Below are positions 55,549-64,000 of a DNA stretch of 64,000 nucleotides, in pieces. The stretch covers positions 15,138 to 79,137 of the forward strand of contig SVRI01000009.1 of the NCBI GenBank assembly GCA_015064895.1. Direction: 5' to 3'. The notes beneath the pieces were generated by a model, which saw only the letters and a program-made list of their open reading frames with translations, did not search any database and was not told the origin of the DNA. Within the stretch, counting starts at the first letter, position 1. Every line of letters begins with the position of its first letter. Made by a program: the position numbers and the translations under genes. This stretch comes from Oscillospiraceae bacterium. GTDB taxonomy: Bacteria; Bacillota; Clostridia; Oscillospirales; CAG-382.

Positions 55549-56592
55549 TTAAAGCAATCCGTTTTCTTGGATAAAATCTCCCAGCGTCTGTGCCATGGAA
55601 GCAAAACCGAAATCCGTAGGATGACAGTTATCAACCGTGCCTTCGTTTCCGCATAGCTTGCAAAGGTCTCTGCCGTCGATAAAATATACGTTCTTGTCCC
55701 CTGCCGCCTTTGCATTTTCATAGGTTTTCTTTATAATTTCAAGGCGTTTTTCTTCGGTAGAGTCAAGATAGAATTTCGGTCTTGACATCATAATAATGGG
55801 AAGGTCAGGGTTCTTTTCCCTGATTATCCTGAACATTCTTTCATGTGTTGCCGTAAGATGCTCAATGCTCGGCGAATTATGGTCATAGTCATATACAAAC
55901 AAAGACATATCAAGAGAAGCAATATATTCCGCCATTTCGTCTTCTGCTTTGGCAGAACCTGAAAAGCCGAGGTTTATGTGGTCGCAGTCAAATCTGCGTG
56001 TGATATACGGTTCATAACACGAGCCGGGACGTGACGAGCAACCGCCCTGTGTTATTGATGAGCCGTAGTAAACGACAGGCTTTTCAACTCTGTAGGGTGT
56101 AGGTGCTTCAATATGTGCATTTTCGTCAAGACCGATATAAAGTTCCTCAACAAAGCTGTAGGTCGGGAAGTTTATTGTAACTTCTTTCATTTCCGAATCG
56201 CATAAATCTATCAGCGACTCATACCCTTTGTTATTACCCATGGGCGGAACAAAGGAGCCGACATATTCTGTGCCGAAATAAAGGTCAAAGCCGCAGGAGC
56301 CGGTAAATGCAAAGTGTGGCATTTTACCCATTTCACCCTTATAATGAATGGCAATAAAGGAACTGTTTGTGCGAAAACGCACTCTGCCGCCCGCCGTATA
56401 TTTTACGCCGTAGTGAATTGCATCGCTTACCGTTTTTGCAACGTCATCAGGCATACGTCTGTATCTTTCACCATCGTGAAATACACCGTAAACCCTGAAA
56501 GGTTCTTCTTTTATGTCGTAAAACTTAAGTCCGTCTTTTTTTATTTCTGTTTCAACCTTTAAGTTCTTGTCTATTTCTGATATGTCTCTCAT
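55549..56592 (-). CDS. SGNH hydrolase with GxDLY-type N-terminal domain (tandem paralog)
   Basis: TAGGRVRFRTNS, GFDLY, YGSSITQG, NLGFSGSA, DYDHN, DNCHP. Confidence 0.9.
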   Translation of the reverse strand: MRDISEIDKNLKVETEIKKDGLKFYDIKEEPFRVYGVFHDGERYRRMPDDVAKTVSDAIHYGVKYTAGGRVRFRTNSSFIAIHYKGEMGKMPHFAFTGSCGFDLYFGTEYVGSFVPPMGNNKGYESLIDLCDSEMKEVTINFPTYSFVEELYIGLDENAHIEAPTPYRVEKPVVYYGSSITQGGCSSRPGSCYEPYITRRFDCDHINLGFSGSAKAEDEMAEYIASLDMSLFVYDYDHNSPSIEHLTATHERMFRIIREKNPDLPIIMMSRPKFYLDSTEEKRLEIIKKTYENAKAAGDKNVYFIDGRDLCKLCGNEGTVDNCHPTDFGFASMAQTLGDFIQENGLL

Positions 56593-56630
56593 TTCGCCGT
56601 CTCTTTTCTGTTTTTTGTTTCGGATTTATC

Positions 56631-56768
56631 AATGAGTTTGACCGCTTGCCTTAATGGCGGTCAAACGGAATACCACTCGGGCATTAACAACGGGTATATA
56701 ATCAAAAAACGTAGTCCCGAATTCTTTTCTTTTTGCTTACTTTTTCTTTTGCGGAAAAGAAAAAGTAA
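56631..56768 (-). repeat. Inverted solo copy of the 41.7-42.1 kb composite repeat unit
   Basis: 56634-56668 is the exact reverse complement of 41819-41853; followed by TCGGG...CCCGA and a family-B stem in mirrored order. Confidence 0.85.
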
Positions 56769-56773
56769 GTAAG

Positions 56774-58183
56774 TTAATTAATCGCCTTATTTTTCCATTT
56801 GCCGAGTCTGTAGAAGAACACCGTAACAAGTGCACCGAGCACCCATGTTGTAAGAAGCGAATACTGGATACATTCCTTCATGCCGTCATTGAGAACGCCT
56901 GTAGGGGATGTAAAGTATGCAATTCCGTAAGCAAGAGGAACACGTACTCCGACTGTGGTTATAAGTGAAATCCACATGGGAGTTACTGTATCGCCTGCAC
57001 CTCTCATGATACCCGAAAGACTCTGGGTTACCGCCATTGCAATATAGCCGACAGCAAGAATTTTCATAAGCTCATAGCTCATTGCAATTACTTCGGGAGC
57101 ATCATTGCTGAAAAGTCCCATAATCTGTCTGCCGAAGATAAGTATTATTACAGTAAGAAGAGATGAACATCCTACTGCCATAAGCGTTCCTTGCTTTGCG
57201 CCTTTAGGAACTCTGTCATAAAGACCTGCACCTACATTCTGACCTGCGTATGTAGTAAGAGCTGTACCAAAGGAAAAGTTAGGCATCATGGCAAAGCCGT
57301 CAACACGCATGACAATTACGTTTGCCGCAACGAACATATCGCCAAAGCCGTTGGTAAGTCTCTGAACAACAAGCATTGCAGAGGAGAAAATCATTTGTGT
57401 TGCACCCGAAGGAAGTCCGAGACGGATGATTGTCTTTACATACTTTGCTTCGGGTTTTAAATACTTTAGTTTAAAATCAAAAAACTCATTCATTCTTGAA
57501 AGCTTCCAAAGGCAAAGTGCTGAGGACACAAGCTGTGCAATTACAGTTGCAAGTGCAACGCCTCCAACACCCATGTGCTTTACAAGAACAATATCAAGAC
57601 CTATATTTATAACCGTCGCAACAAGAAGATAGATAAGTGCCGACATAGAGTCGCCGAGCCCTCTTATGATACCGCTGAGAATGTTATAAAAAGCCATACC
57701 CGCACAACCTACAATGGATATAAACAAATAGTTATAGCACCAGCCTTTTGTGGAATCAGGTGTTTTCAACACATCAAGTATAGGTTTTATTAACGGTGTC
57801 ATAACAACTATGAGGAAAACACAGCTTATAAGAGTTACGGTTATGCAGTTGCCGATTGTTTTTGATAAGTCCTCTCTCTTTTTCGCACCGAAATACTGAG
57901 AAACCATGATGCTTGCACCTGCCGAAATGCCAATAAAGAGTACAAGCAGCATATTGAGTATGGGCATTGCACTTCCGATTGCCGAAAGACCTGTCACTCC
58001 TATGCCCTCTGTGTTGCCGACAACTATACTGTCGACCGTACTGTACAGCTGCTGTGCAATATTACCTATGAGCATTGGAACGGTGAAAATTGCAATGCTT
58101 TTCCAAGGAGAGCCGACTGTCATGTCGGTAGGCTTGTTAAATGTGTCAAGAAAATTCTTAAATTTGCTGTTTGATTTTGCCAC
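56774..58183 (-). CDS. MATE family efflux transporter
   Basis: DMTVGSP, PMLIGNIAQQLYSTVDSIVVG, RGLGDS, GQNVGAG, RGAGDT. Confidence 0.93.
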   Translation of the reverse strand: MAKSNSKFKNFLDTFNKPTDMTVGSPWKSIAIFTVPMLIGNIAQQLYSTVDSIVVGNTEGIGVTGLSAIGSAMPILNMLLVLFIGISAGASIMVSQYFGAKKREDLSKTIGNCITVTLISCVFLIVVMTPLIKPILDVLKTPDSTKGWCYNYLFISIVGCAGMAFYNILSGIIRGLGDSMSALIYLLVATVINIGLDIVLVKHMGVGGVALATVIAQLVSSALCLWKLSRMNEFFDFKLKYLKPEAKYVKTIIRLGLPSGATQMIFSSAMLVVQRLTNGFGDMFVAANVIVMRVDGFAMMPNFSFGTALTTYAGQNVGAGLYDRVPKGAKQGTLMAVGCSSLLTVIILIFGRQIMGLFSNDAPEVIAMSYELMKILAVGYIAMAVTQSLSGIMRGAGDTVTPMWISLITTVGVRVPLAYGIAYFTSPTGVLNDGMKECIQYSLLTTWVLGALVTVFFYRLGKWKNKAIN

Positions 58184-58278
58184 CCTTAATACCTCTATTT
58201 TTTCTCAGATTTATACAAATAACATTTTACCACAAAATGTGCGTTATTTCTTTATCATATTATTAATATTGCAAAAAC

Positions 58279-58304
58279 AAAACCCCGACTTACATCGGGG
58301 TTTT
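58279..58304. terminator. Terminator after ClC gene
   Basis: AAAACCCCGA/TCGGGGTTTT. Confidence 0.75.
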
Positions 58305-58309
58305 CAGAG

Positions 58310-59572
58310 TTAATCAACGCTTTTATCAATATGCTCGTTATTTGTCTTGGAATATACGATTCTCTGGCTTGTGTAAAGCCCAAAGTAGCCCGAAAGCATG
58401 TAACTGATTCCGCATGAAATGGCAAAAAGAAGCAGTCCCTTTGTACCAAATACCTCTACCGACAGTAAAAGCGATGCCAAAGGACAATTTACAACACCGC
58501 AGAAAAGAGCAACAAAGCCTATCGCCGCACCGACAGCAGGATCCATTCCGATAAAGGGTGCAAAAACACATCCAAAAGTAGAACCTACAAAAAATGCAGG
58601 TACAATTTCCCCGCCCTTAAAGCCTGCTGCAAGAGACAGAGCCGTAAACAGAAGTTTCAGTGCAAAGGCAAAGGGTTGCGCCTGTCCCGTCATTGCTCTT
58701 TCAACAACAAACATGCCTGCGCCGTTATAATCATATGTGCCGACAAGAAATGTAAGTGCCACAACAATAAGGCTGCATGAGACGGCTCTGAAATAGCCGC
58801 CGGGAGAAAATTTTCTTGCAAAATATGACGTTTTTTCAATCACAAAACAGAATAATATACTTAATAAAGCAAGAAGAACCGATAAAAGTACCGTTTTTGC
58901 GACAAGAGATACCGTTATGTTTTCAAAATTTATGCCGTCAAATCTCACGGGAGATATTCCGAAAAATCGCGATATTCCGTATGAAACAATTGCCGAAACA
59001 AAACAAGGCAGAAGTGCCGTATAGTAAAGCATGCCGACGCTTGCAACCTCCAGCGAAAACACCGCCGCCGTTATGGGGGTCCCGAAAAGAGCACTGAAGA
59101 CACCCGACATGCCCGCCATTACAATAATCTGCATATTGTTGTCTTTTATTCGGAAAAGTCTTCCCAAATTATAGCCCACACTTCCGCCAAGCTGAAGTGC
59201 CGCACCCTCTCTGCCTGCCGAGCCTCCGAAAAACTGGGTTATTACCGTTCCCAAAAAAATAAGAGGTATCATGATGACGGGTATTTTATTGTTTTCTCTT
59301 AACGATCTTATAACAAGGTTTGTATCAAGATGTACATCGGATTTAAAAATGTGATAAAACCAACGTATCACAACAGCCGCAACCGGAAGAAGCAGCACAA
59401 GCCATGTGTTATGAGATCGGAAATCCGTCGCTGCATCTATGCAAAAATGGAATAAGCTTCCCAAAACACCTCCGATACCGCCGACCAGAAGTGAAATTGC
59501 CACCCACTTCGAAAAATAAAGTGCGTATTCAAAAAGATTCTTTATTCTTTTAACAAACAACTTATATTTCAC
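58310..59572 (-). CDS. ClC/EriC family anion channel/antiporter
   Basis: GGSAGREGA, FGTP, GFKGGEIVP, NCPLAS, GLY.SQ. Confidence 0.9.
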   Translation of the reverse strand: MKYKLFVKRIKNLFEYALYFSKWVAISLLVGGIGGVLGSLFHFCIDAATDFRSHNTWLVLLLPVAAVVIRWFYHIFKSDVHLDTNLVIRSLRENNKIPVIMIPLIFLGTVITQFFGGSAGREGAALQLGGSVGYNLGRLFRIKDNNMQIIVMAGMSGVFSALFGTPITAAVFSLEVASVGMLYYTALLPCFVSAIVSYGISRFFGISPVRFDGINFENITVSLVAKTVLLSVLLALLSILFCFVIEKTSYFARKFSPGGYFRAVSCSLIVVALTFLVGTYDYNGAGMFVVERAMTGQAQPFAFALKLLFTALSLAAGFKGGEIVPAFFVGSTFGCVFAPFIGMDPAVGAAIGFVALFCGVVNCPLASLLLSVEVFGTKGLLLFAISCGISYMLSGYFGLYTSQRIVYSKTNNEHIDKSVD

Positions 59573-59620
59573 CTTGTTTCATGCAAGAATCCGAACACAT
59601 AAGCGTTCGGATTCTTAAGA

Positions 59621-60916
59621 TTATTTCTGGTTCTTTGCTTCCTCAAGCTTTGTCTTACGTCTATTCTTGACCTCATGGGACATAGGCTTTATGTCTCCTG
59701 CCTTAGTGAGTGCCCATCTTGTAAGCATAGGACCGAAGAGTTCATAAACAAGCACTGCAAAGAGCGTAATGTTTCTGATAAGAATTCCTGCCTCACCAAA
59801 CTCCGCACTTGCTATTGTACACATGCCGAGGGCAACACCTGCCTGCGGGAAAAGTGTAATACCGAGGTATTTACAAATGTTAGATTCACATCCTGTTGCC
59901 TTTGCACTCATGAGTGTGCCGAAATACTTACCGAAGCAACGGAACAGAATATAAACAAGACCAATTACAACTACCGCCCCGCTTGTAAATACAGACAGTT
60001 CAAGCTCTGCACCGCTTATTACAAAGAAGAGTGCAAACAAAGGGCTTGTCCACTTATCCGTCTTTTCCATAAGGTCATGGGAAAGAGGACAGATATTACA
60101 GAACACGGTTCCGAGCATCATACATACAAGCAGAGATGAGAAACCAACATGCACATGTCCGATATCGAATTTTATCTGCGAAAGTGAAACTGTAAGGAAC
60201 ACGAAGGCGATTGTCATATTAAGACGGTTTGTATTGGAGTTGAAGAGCTTTTCAAGCTGTGTAAGAAGCCATCCCATAATCGCACCGAGTATAAGAGATG
60301 CAACTATTTCAACAAGGGGATTTACAATAATTGAGATGGGGTCTATTTCGCCTGTGCCGAGTGTCTTGGCAATACCGAAGGATACCGCAAATACAATAAG
60401 ACCCACAGCATCGTCAAGGGCAACGATGGGAAGAAGCAGGTCTGTAAGAGGACCCTTTGCCTTATACTGACGAACTACCATAAGAGTTGCAGCAGGTGCT
60501 GTTGCAGTTGCAATTGCACCAAGTGTTATCGCCTGAGCAACGCTTATCTGCTCGGGCATAAGAAGATGAAGTCCGAAAAGTGCAAGGTCAACAAAAAGTG
60601 TTGCCACAATTGCCTGGAAAACACCGATTACAGTTGCTTTTTTACCGATAACCTTCAGATCTTCCACACGAAACTCATTACCGATTGAGAAAGCAATAAA
60701 GCCGAGTGCCACTTTGGATATAAGACCTAAAAGCTCAACCTCTTGCATAGATCCGAAGCCAAGACCTCCGACACCGAGCTGACCGAGACAATACGGGCCG
60801 ACAAGTACACCGGCTATAAGATATGCCGTAACCGACGGAAGCTTTAACGGTTTAAATGCTCTTGTCATCAAAAGACCACCGAGAAGTGCGATGGATACTG
60901 AAAGCAAAATGTTCAT
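59621..60916 (-). CDS. Cation:proton antiporter (Na+/H+ or K+/H+ exchanger family)
   Basis: LPSVTAYLIAG, ATAPAAT, VALDD, FFVISGA, PQAGVALG; GAAAGAAG RBS before ATG 60916. Confidence 0.9.
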   Translation of the reverse strand: MNILLSVSIALLGGLLMTRAFKPLKLPSVTAYLIAGVLVGPYCLGQLGVGGLGFGSMQEVELLGLISKVALGFIAFSIGNEFRVEDLKVIGKKATVIGVFQAIVATLFVDLALFGLHLLMPEQISVAQAITLGAIATATAPAATLMVVRQYKAKGPLTDLLLPIVALDDAVGLIVFAVSFGIAKTLGTGEIDPISIIVNPLVEIVASLILGAIMGWLLTQLEKLFNSNTNRLNMTIAFVFLTVSLSQIKFDIGHVHVGFSSLLVCMMLGTVFCNICPLSHDLMEKTDKWTSPLFALFFVISGAELELSVFTSGAVVVIGLVYILFRCFGKYFGTLMSAKATGCESNICKYLGITLFPQAGVALGMCTIASAEFGEAGILIRNITLFAVLVYELFGPMLTRWALTKAGDIKPMSHEVKNRRKTKLEEAKNQK

Positions 60917-60949
60917 GATTATACTTCTTTCTGAATATTTTTTTAACAC

Positions 60950-60978
60950 AAAAAATCAAGGACAGGAGTCCTTAGATT
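60950..60978 (-). terminator. Terminator-like hairpin in the antiporter leader (possible attenuator)
   Basis: Minus strand AATC(T)AAGGAC-tcct-GTCCTTGATT followed by a T-run, ~35 nt before the start codon. Confidence 0.55.
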
Positions 60979-61118
60979 GTAGGCGGAAGTGTGCCGATAT
61001 TCGGGAAATTGCGGTTTATGTCAAACAGCACAAACCTATACTATTAAACTACAATTTAATGAACAAAAAGACGTGTATTTGAAACGTTTATGTGAACAAA
61101 AAAATCATTTTTTCAGAC

Positions 61119-61148
61119 AAAAAGCACTTGCATGAAGCAAGTGCTTTT
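61119..61148 (-). terminator. Terminator after LRAT-amidohydrolase gene
   Basis: AAAAGCACTTG/CAAGTGCTTTT. Confidence 0.75.
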
Positions 61149-61152
61149 ATTG

Positions 61153-63468
61153 TTATTTTCGTCTTAAAACCATGCCGGCTCTTTTACCGGTATGTTTTCC
61201 TTTTTGGATTACGGGCGTGCCGTTGACAATTACATAGTCAAATCCCGAACAATACTTACAGGGGTCGGTAAAGGTTGCGTTTATTTTCAGATTTTCAAGG
61301 TCAAATATATTGATATCAGCAAAATAGCCTTCTTTAATCTGTCCCCTCTTTTCGAGTCTGTAGTGGTCGGCAACTCTCTTTGTTGCCTTATTTACAGCCT
61401 TTTCGATGGAAATAACGCCCAGCTCCTTTACATATCTTGTAAAGAAGTACATATATCCCATATAGTCGGACATATTGCCTGTTCTGGCATCGCCCTCCTC
61501 TACGGTGGTGTAGCTGTCGCTCATCCAGAGGTAGATATCGTCGTTGACTACCGTATCTATCATGGTCTGCTCGTCAAACATTACGCCAACCATTTCGATT
61601 GCTCTTACCTGTTCGATGGTTTCTGTTTTCATAAACACGTCAAGGAAGGCATCGCAAGGCTCTCTGTTCCATTCTTTGCAGAGTTCCTCAAAGGACATTG
61701 CCGTAACTTCGGGCATATGGGGTGCAATAATACGAAGAAGTCTGTTCCATTGACCGAAATCGAGAAAACGCCAATATCTGTTCATATCGGCTTTGACTTT
61801 TTTTCTGCCCTCATCATCTGCAAGAATCTTTCTTGCCTCGTCCCAACCGTTCTCATACAGCCATGGCGGAAGCATTGCCTGAGCACAGCCTGTTCCGTAG
61901 GTGGTGGAAAGCATATCAGTGAAGACGTCAAGTCCCTCGTCGGCTCTTGCATCCTTTAGCTTATTCATGCACTTGTCGAGGTAGTCATTTGGTATGCCGT
62001 TATCATATTTTACGTTGAGGTGGGAAATCATACCCCTCATTTTTGTTTTACGTATTACGTTAAGGAACTCCTCAACCGCTTCGAGTATATATGTCCCTTC
62101 ATCACGCATATGGGTGGTATATATGCCGTCATATTCGGCTGCAACCATGGCGAGCTTTTCAACTTCTTCGGGGCGTGATAAAATACCCGGGTCAAATTCA
62201 AGGCCTGTTGAAAAGCCTATGTATCCTGCTTGCATGGCTTCTCTTATAAAGCCTTCCATGACAGCAAACTGCTCGTCGGTGTAGTCGGTGGTGTTAAGTC
62301 CTGCAATAACACGAAGGTCGTTATGTCCTATCAGCCATGCCGTATTTACGGACGAGCCCATCTTTTCCATTTTATCAAGGGTGTTCTTAAATGCCCCCTT
62401 GGGTACGGGTACATCCTTATTTGCAAAGTCATACACACACTCAATTCCGTCGCCCATCTTATCAAAGGGGACTGTAATTGTATGACGCATGGAAAAGCCG
62501 CAGTTTCCGACAATCTCGGTTGTAACGCCCTGACGTACCGAGCTTTGTGCCTCGGGGTTTATCCATATGCTTGAATCGGAATGGGAATGGGTGTCTATAA
62601 AGCCCGGGGTAACATATTTGCCGTCGGCGTTTATTTCTTTTTTTGCTGTCATCCCCTCAGCATTTCCGATAAAGGAAATCTTGCCGTCAAGTATTGCAAT
62701 GTCGGCTTTATATGGTTCATTTCCGCTGCCGTCAACAATCATGCCGTTTTTGATAATTATATCCTGCAGATTATCTACGCTTTTGAAAAACACCTTGCCG
62801 TCAAGTTCTCCGTTTGCCATCATTTTAATGATTCCCGCAACACCGGCAATTCCGTCGCCCATCTGATGGGATTCTGCAAGACCGGTTTTACACCAGACCG
62901 CAAAGTGCTCACAATTATTAAAGGGGAAATTATATTTTGTTTCGCCTATTCTTGATCTTGCTCTTTCAAGCGTTTCCTTGGGTGAATACAGTTTATAGCC
63001 TTCCATTTTCATCAGGTTTCTGACTGTATCCTTCATACTTCCGTATACAATAGAACCCGAAATCTGACGTACTATACCGGCATCTGCATCCTCTTCGGGA
63101 AAATCAAGAACATAAAACTCATTTTGTCCTTCAAGAAATTCACTCATGGGTGCTTCGTGTATGGATACATTTCCCGCAAAATCATCTCCGTCACCCGAAT
63201 AATGTATAACACGGTCATTACCTGCATAAATGCCGAAATGCTCGTACAATCCGCCCTTTCTGATAATGCACAGCACATCGCCTTCACACAGAGTATGGTC
63301 ATGACCATACATTTTGGTTCTTACGGCATGAGGCTTTGACGGATTGATTTTTTCGCCCTTTTCTTTTATGTCCACTATCATTTTTTCGCCCAAGGCACCA
63401 ATTCCGTTATCAAGAATATCCTGAGAAACGGAAAGAGCCCCTCTGACAAATTTCTTTAAATCACTCAT
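61153..63468 (-). CDS. Fusion: N-terminal LRAT/PLAAT-like domain + D-aminoacylase-type amidohydrolase
   Basis: HFGIYAG..RVIHY, YNFPFNNCEHFAVWCKTG; then DIIIKNG.IVDGSG, PGFIDTHSHSD, GVTTEIVGNCG, HMRDE, SH, SD, ADINIFD, VIVNG; GAGG RBS before ATG 63468. Confidence 0.88.
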   Translation of the reverse strand: MSDLKKFVRGALSVSQDILDNGIGALGEKMIVDIKEKGEKINPSKPHAVRTKMYGHDHTLCEGDVLCIIRKGGLYEHFGIYAGNDRVIHYSGDGDDFAGNVSIHEAPMSEFLEGQNEFYVLDFPEEDADAGIVRQISGSIVYGSMKDTVRNLMKMEGYKLYSPKETLERARSRIGETKYNFPFNNCEHFAVWCKTGLAESHQMGDGIAGVAGIIKMMANGELDGKVFFKSVDNLQDIIIKNGMIVDGSGNEPYKADIAILDGKISFIGNAEGMTAKKEINADGKYVTPGFIDTHSHSDSSIWINPEAQSSVRQGVTTEIVGNCGFSMRHTITVPFDKMGDGIECVYDFANKDVPVPKGAFKNTLDKMEKMGSSVNTAWLIGHNDLRVIAGLNTTDYTDEQFAVMEGFIREAMQAGYIGFSTGLEFDPGILSRPEEVEKLAMVAAEYDGIYTTHMRDEGTYILEAVEEFLNVIRKTKMRGMISHLNVKYDNGIPNDYLDKCMNKLKDARADEGLDVFTDMLSTTYGTGCAQAMLPPWLYENGWDEARKILADDEGRKKVKADMNRYWRFLDFGQWNRLLRIIAPHMPEVTAMSFEELCKEWNREPCDAFLDVFMKTETIEQVRAIEMVGVMFDEQTMIDTVVNDDIYLWMSDSYTTVEEGDARTGNMSDYMGYMYFFTRYVKELGVISIEKAVNKATKRVADHYRLEKRGQIKEGYFADINIFDLENLKINATFTDPCKYCSGFDYVIVNGTPVIQKGKHTGKRAGMVLRRK

Positions 63469-63557
63469 AATAACCTCTGTAAACATCCGACGCCGTATTG
63501 GTAAAAGAGCTTTGGCTCTTTATTCTTTATCTTTTACGGCGTTTACATATTTATTGC

Positions 63558-63971
63558 TTATTGTTTTTTCTTTGACTCAAGGGTATTTTCCTGATTTCTG
63601 TAAATAACGAGCTTTGAAAACAAAAACTCGAGTGCAAAATTTGAAATCATAGTTACTGCAAGCACAATATATTCGTTTATACCCGACCCTTCTGCCACAT
63701 GTCCGAGATAGGTTGATACGGGTGTGAAAACAATATAAAAGCCTATAAGCTTCATCATTGCAACAGGGACATTTGCTGCCGATTTAAAGGTGAAACGTCT
63801 GTTGAATGTGAAATTCCAGATTATCGATAAAAGAAGTGATATAAGATATGCCGGCCAGTACTTCATGTGAAGTTTTTCATTCATAAGTGCAAACGATGCT
63901 GCCTGAATAACACCTGCCGATATGGAAAACAGTGTAAATTTCAACACCTGTATAAATGATTGTTTTTTCAT
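63558..63971 (-). CDS. GtrA family membrane protein
   Basis: QVLKFTLFS..AGVIQ, WNFTFNRRFTFKS; four TM helices. Confidence 0.85.
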   Translation of the reverse strand: MKKQSFIQVLKFTLFSISAGVIQAASFALMNEKLHMKYWPAYLISLLLSIIWNFTFNRRFTFKSAANVPVAMMKLIGFYIVFTPVSTYLGHVAEGSGINEYIVLAVTMISNFALEFLFSKLVIYRNQENTLESKKKQ

Positions 63972-64000
63972 TCTTTCATCTCCATTCGTCTGTGAGCACT

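Noticed and set aside
60960-61045. Fluoride riboswitch upstream of antiporter/ClC
   Set aside because: TAAACCGC and CTAAGGACTCCT resemble parts of the motif, but the 5' GATGGAGTTC-type pseudoknot strand is absent.

Overview
A 64-kb chromosomal window from a Firmicute, most likely a Clostridia/Oscillospirales-type anaerobe (sigma-A promoters, GGAGG RBSs, single-chain glyQS, fakA/degV, reverse rubrerythrin). Housekeeping genes are glyQS (partial), lysA, engB, lon, metY, plsY, rpmG-secE-nusG-rplK-rplA and yigZ. There are also carbohydrate enzymes (GH127, GH29, a GH63-like protein, four SGNH esterases) and transporters (an ABC pair flanking a DUF1854-like gene, MATE, ClC, a cation:proton antiporter). 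No rRNA, tRNA, CRISPR array, integrase or transposase was seen. The best candidate for an undescribed system is a ~14-kb acyl-lipid locus (23.2-37.3 kb). It holds an Sfp-type PPTase, three alpha/beta hydrolases (one with a Cys nucleophile), GT2-GtrA, plsX-fakA-degV-degV, a deacetylase, and a tight operon of acyl-AMP ligase-ACP fusion, two PlsC-like genes, ACP and an LRAT/PLAAT-like thiol acyltransferase, with no condensation domain. A second LRAT domain is fused to a D-aminoacylase-type amidohydrolase at 61-63 kb. Other observations: a NusG lacking the KOW residues used for NusE/Rho binding, an att-like duplication of the rubrerythrin 3' end around a lipoprotein islet, a divergent RHH/SLOG pair with phased operator repeats, a terminator-containing antiporter leader, and several dispersed palindromic repeat families with compensatory base changes. 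All functional calls come from motif recognition by eye; no database searches were run.
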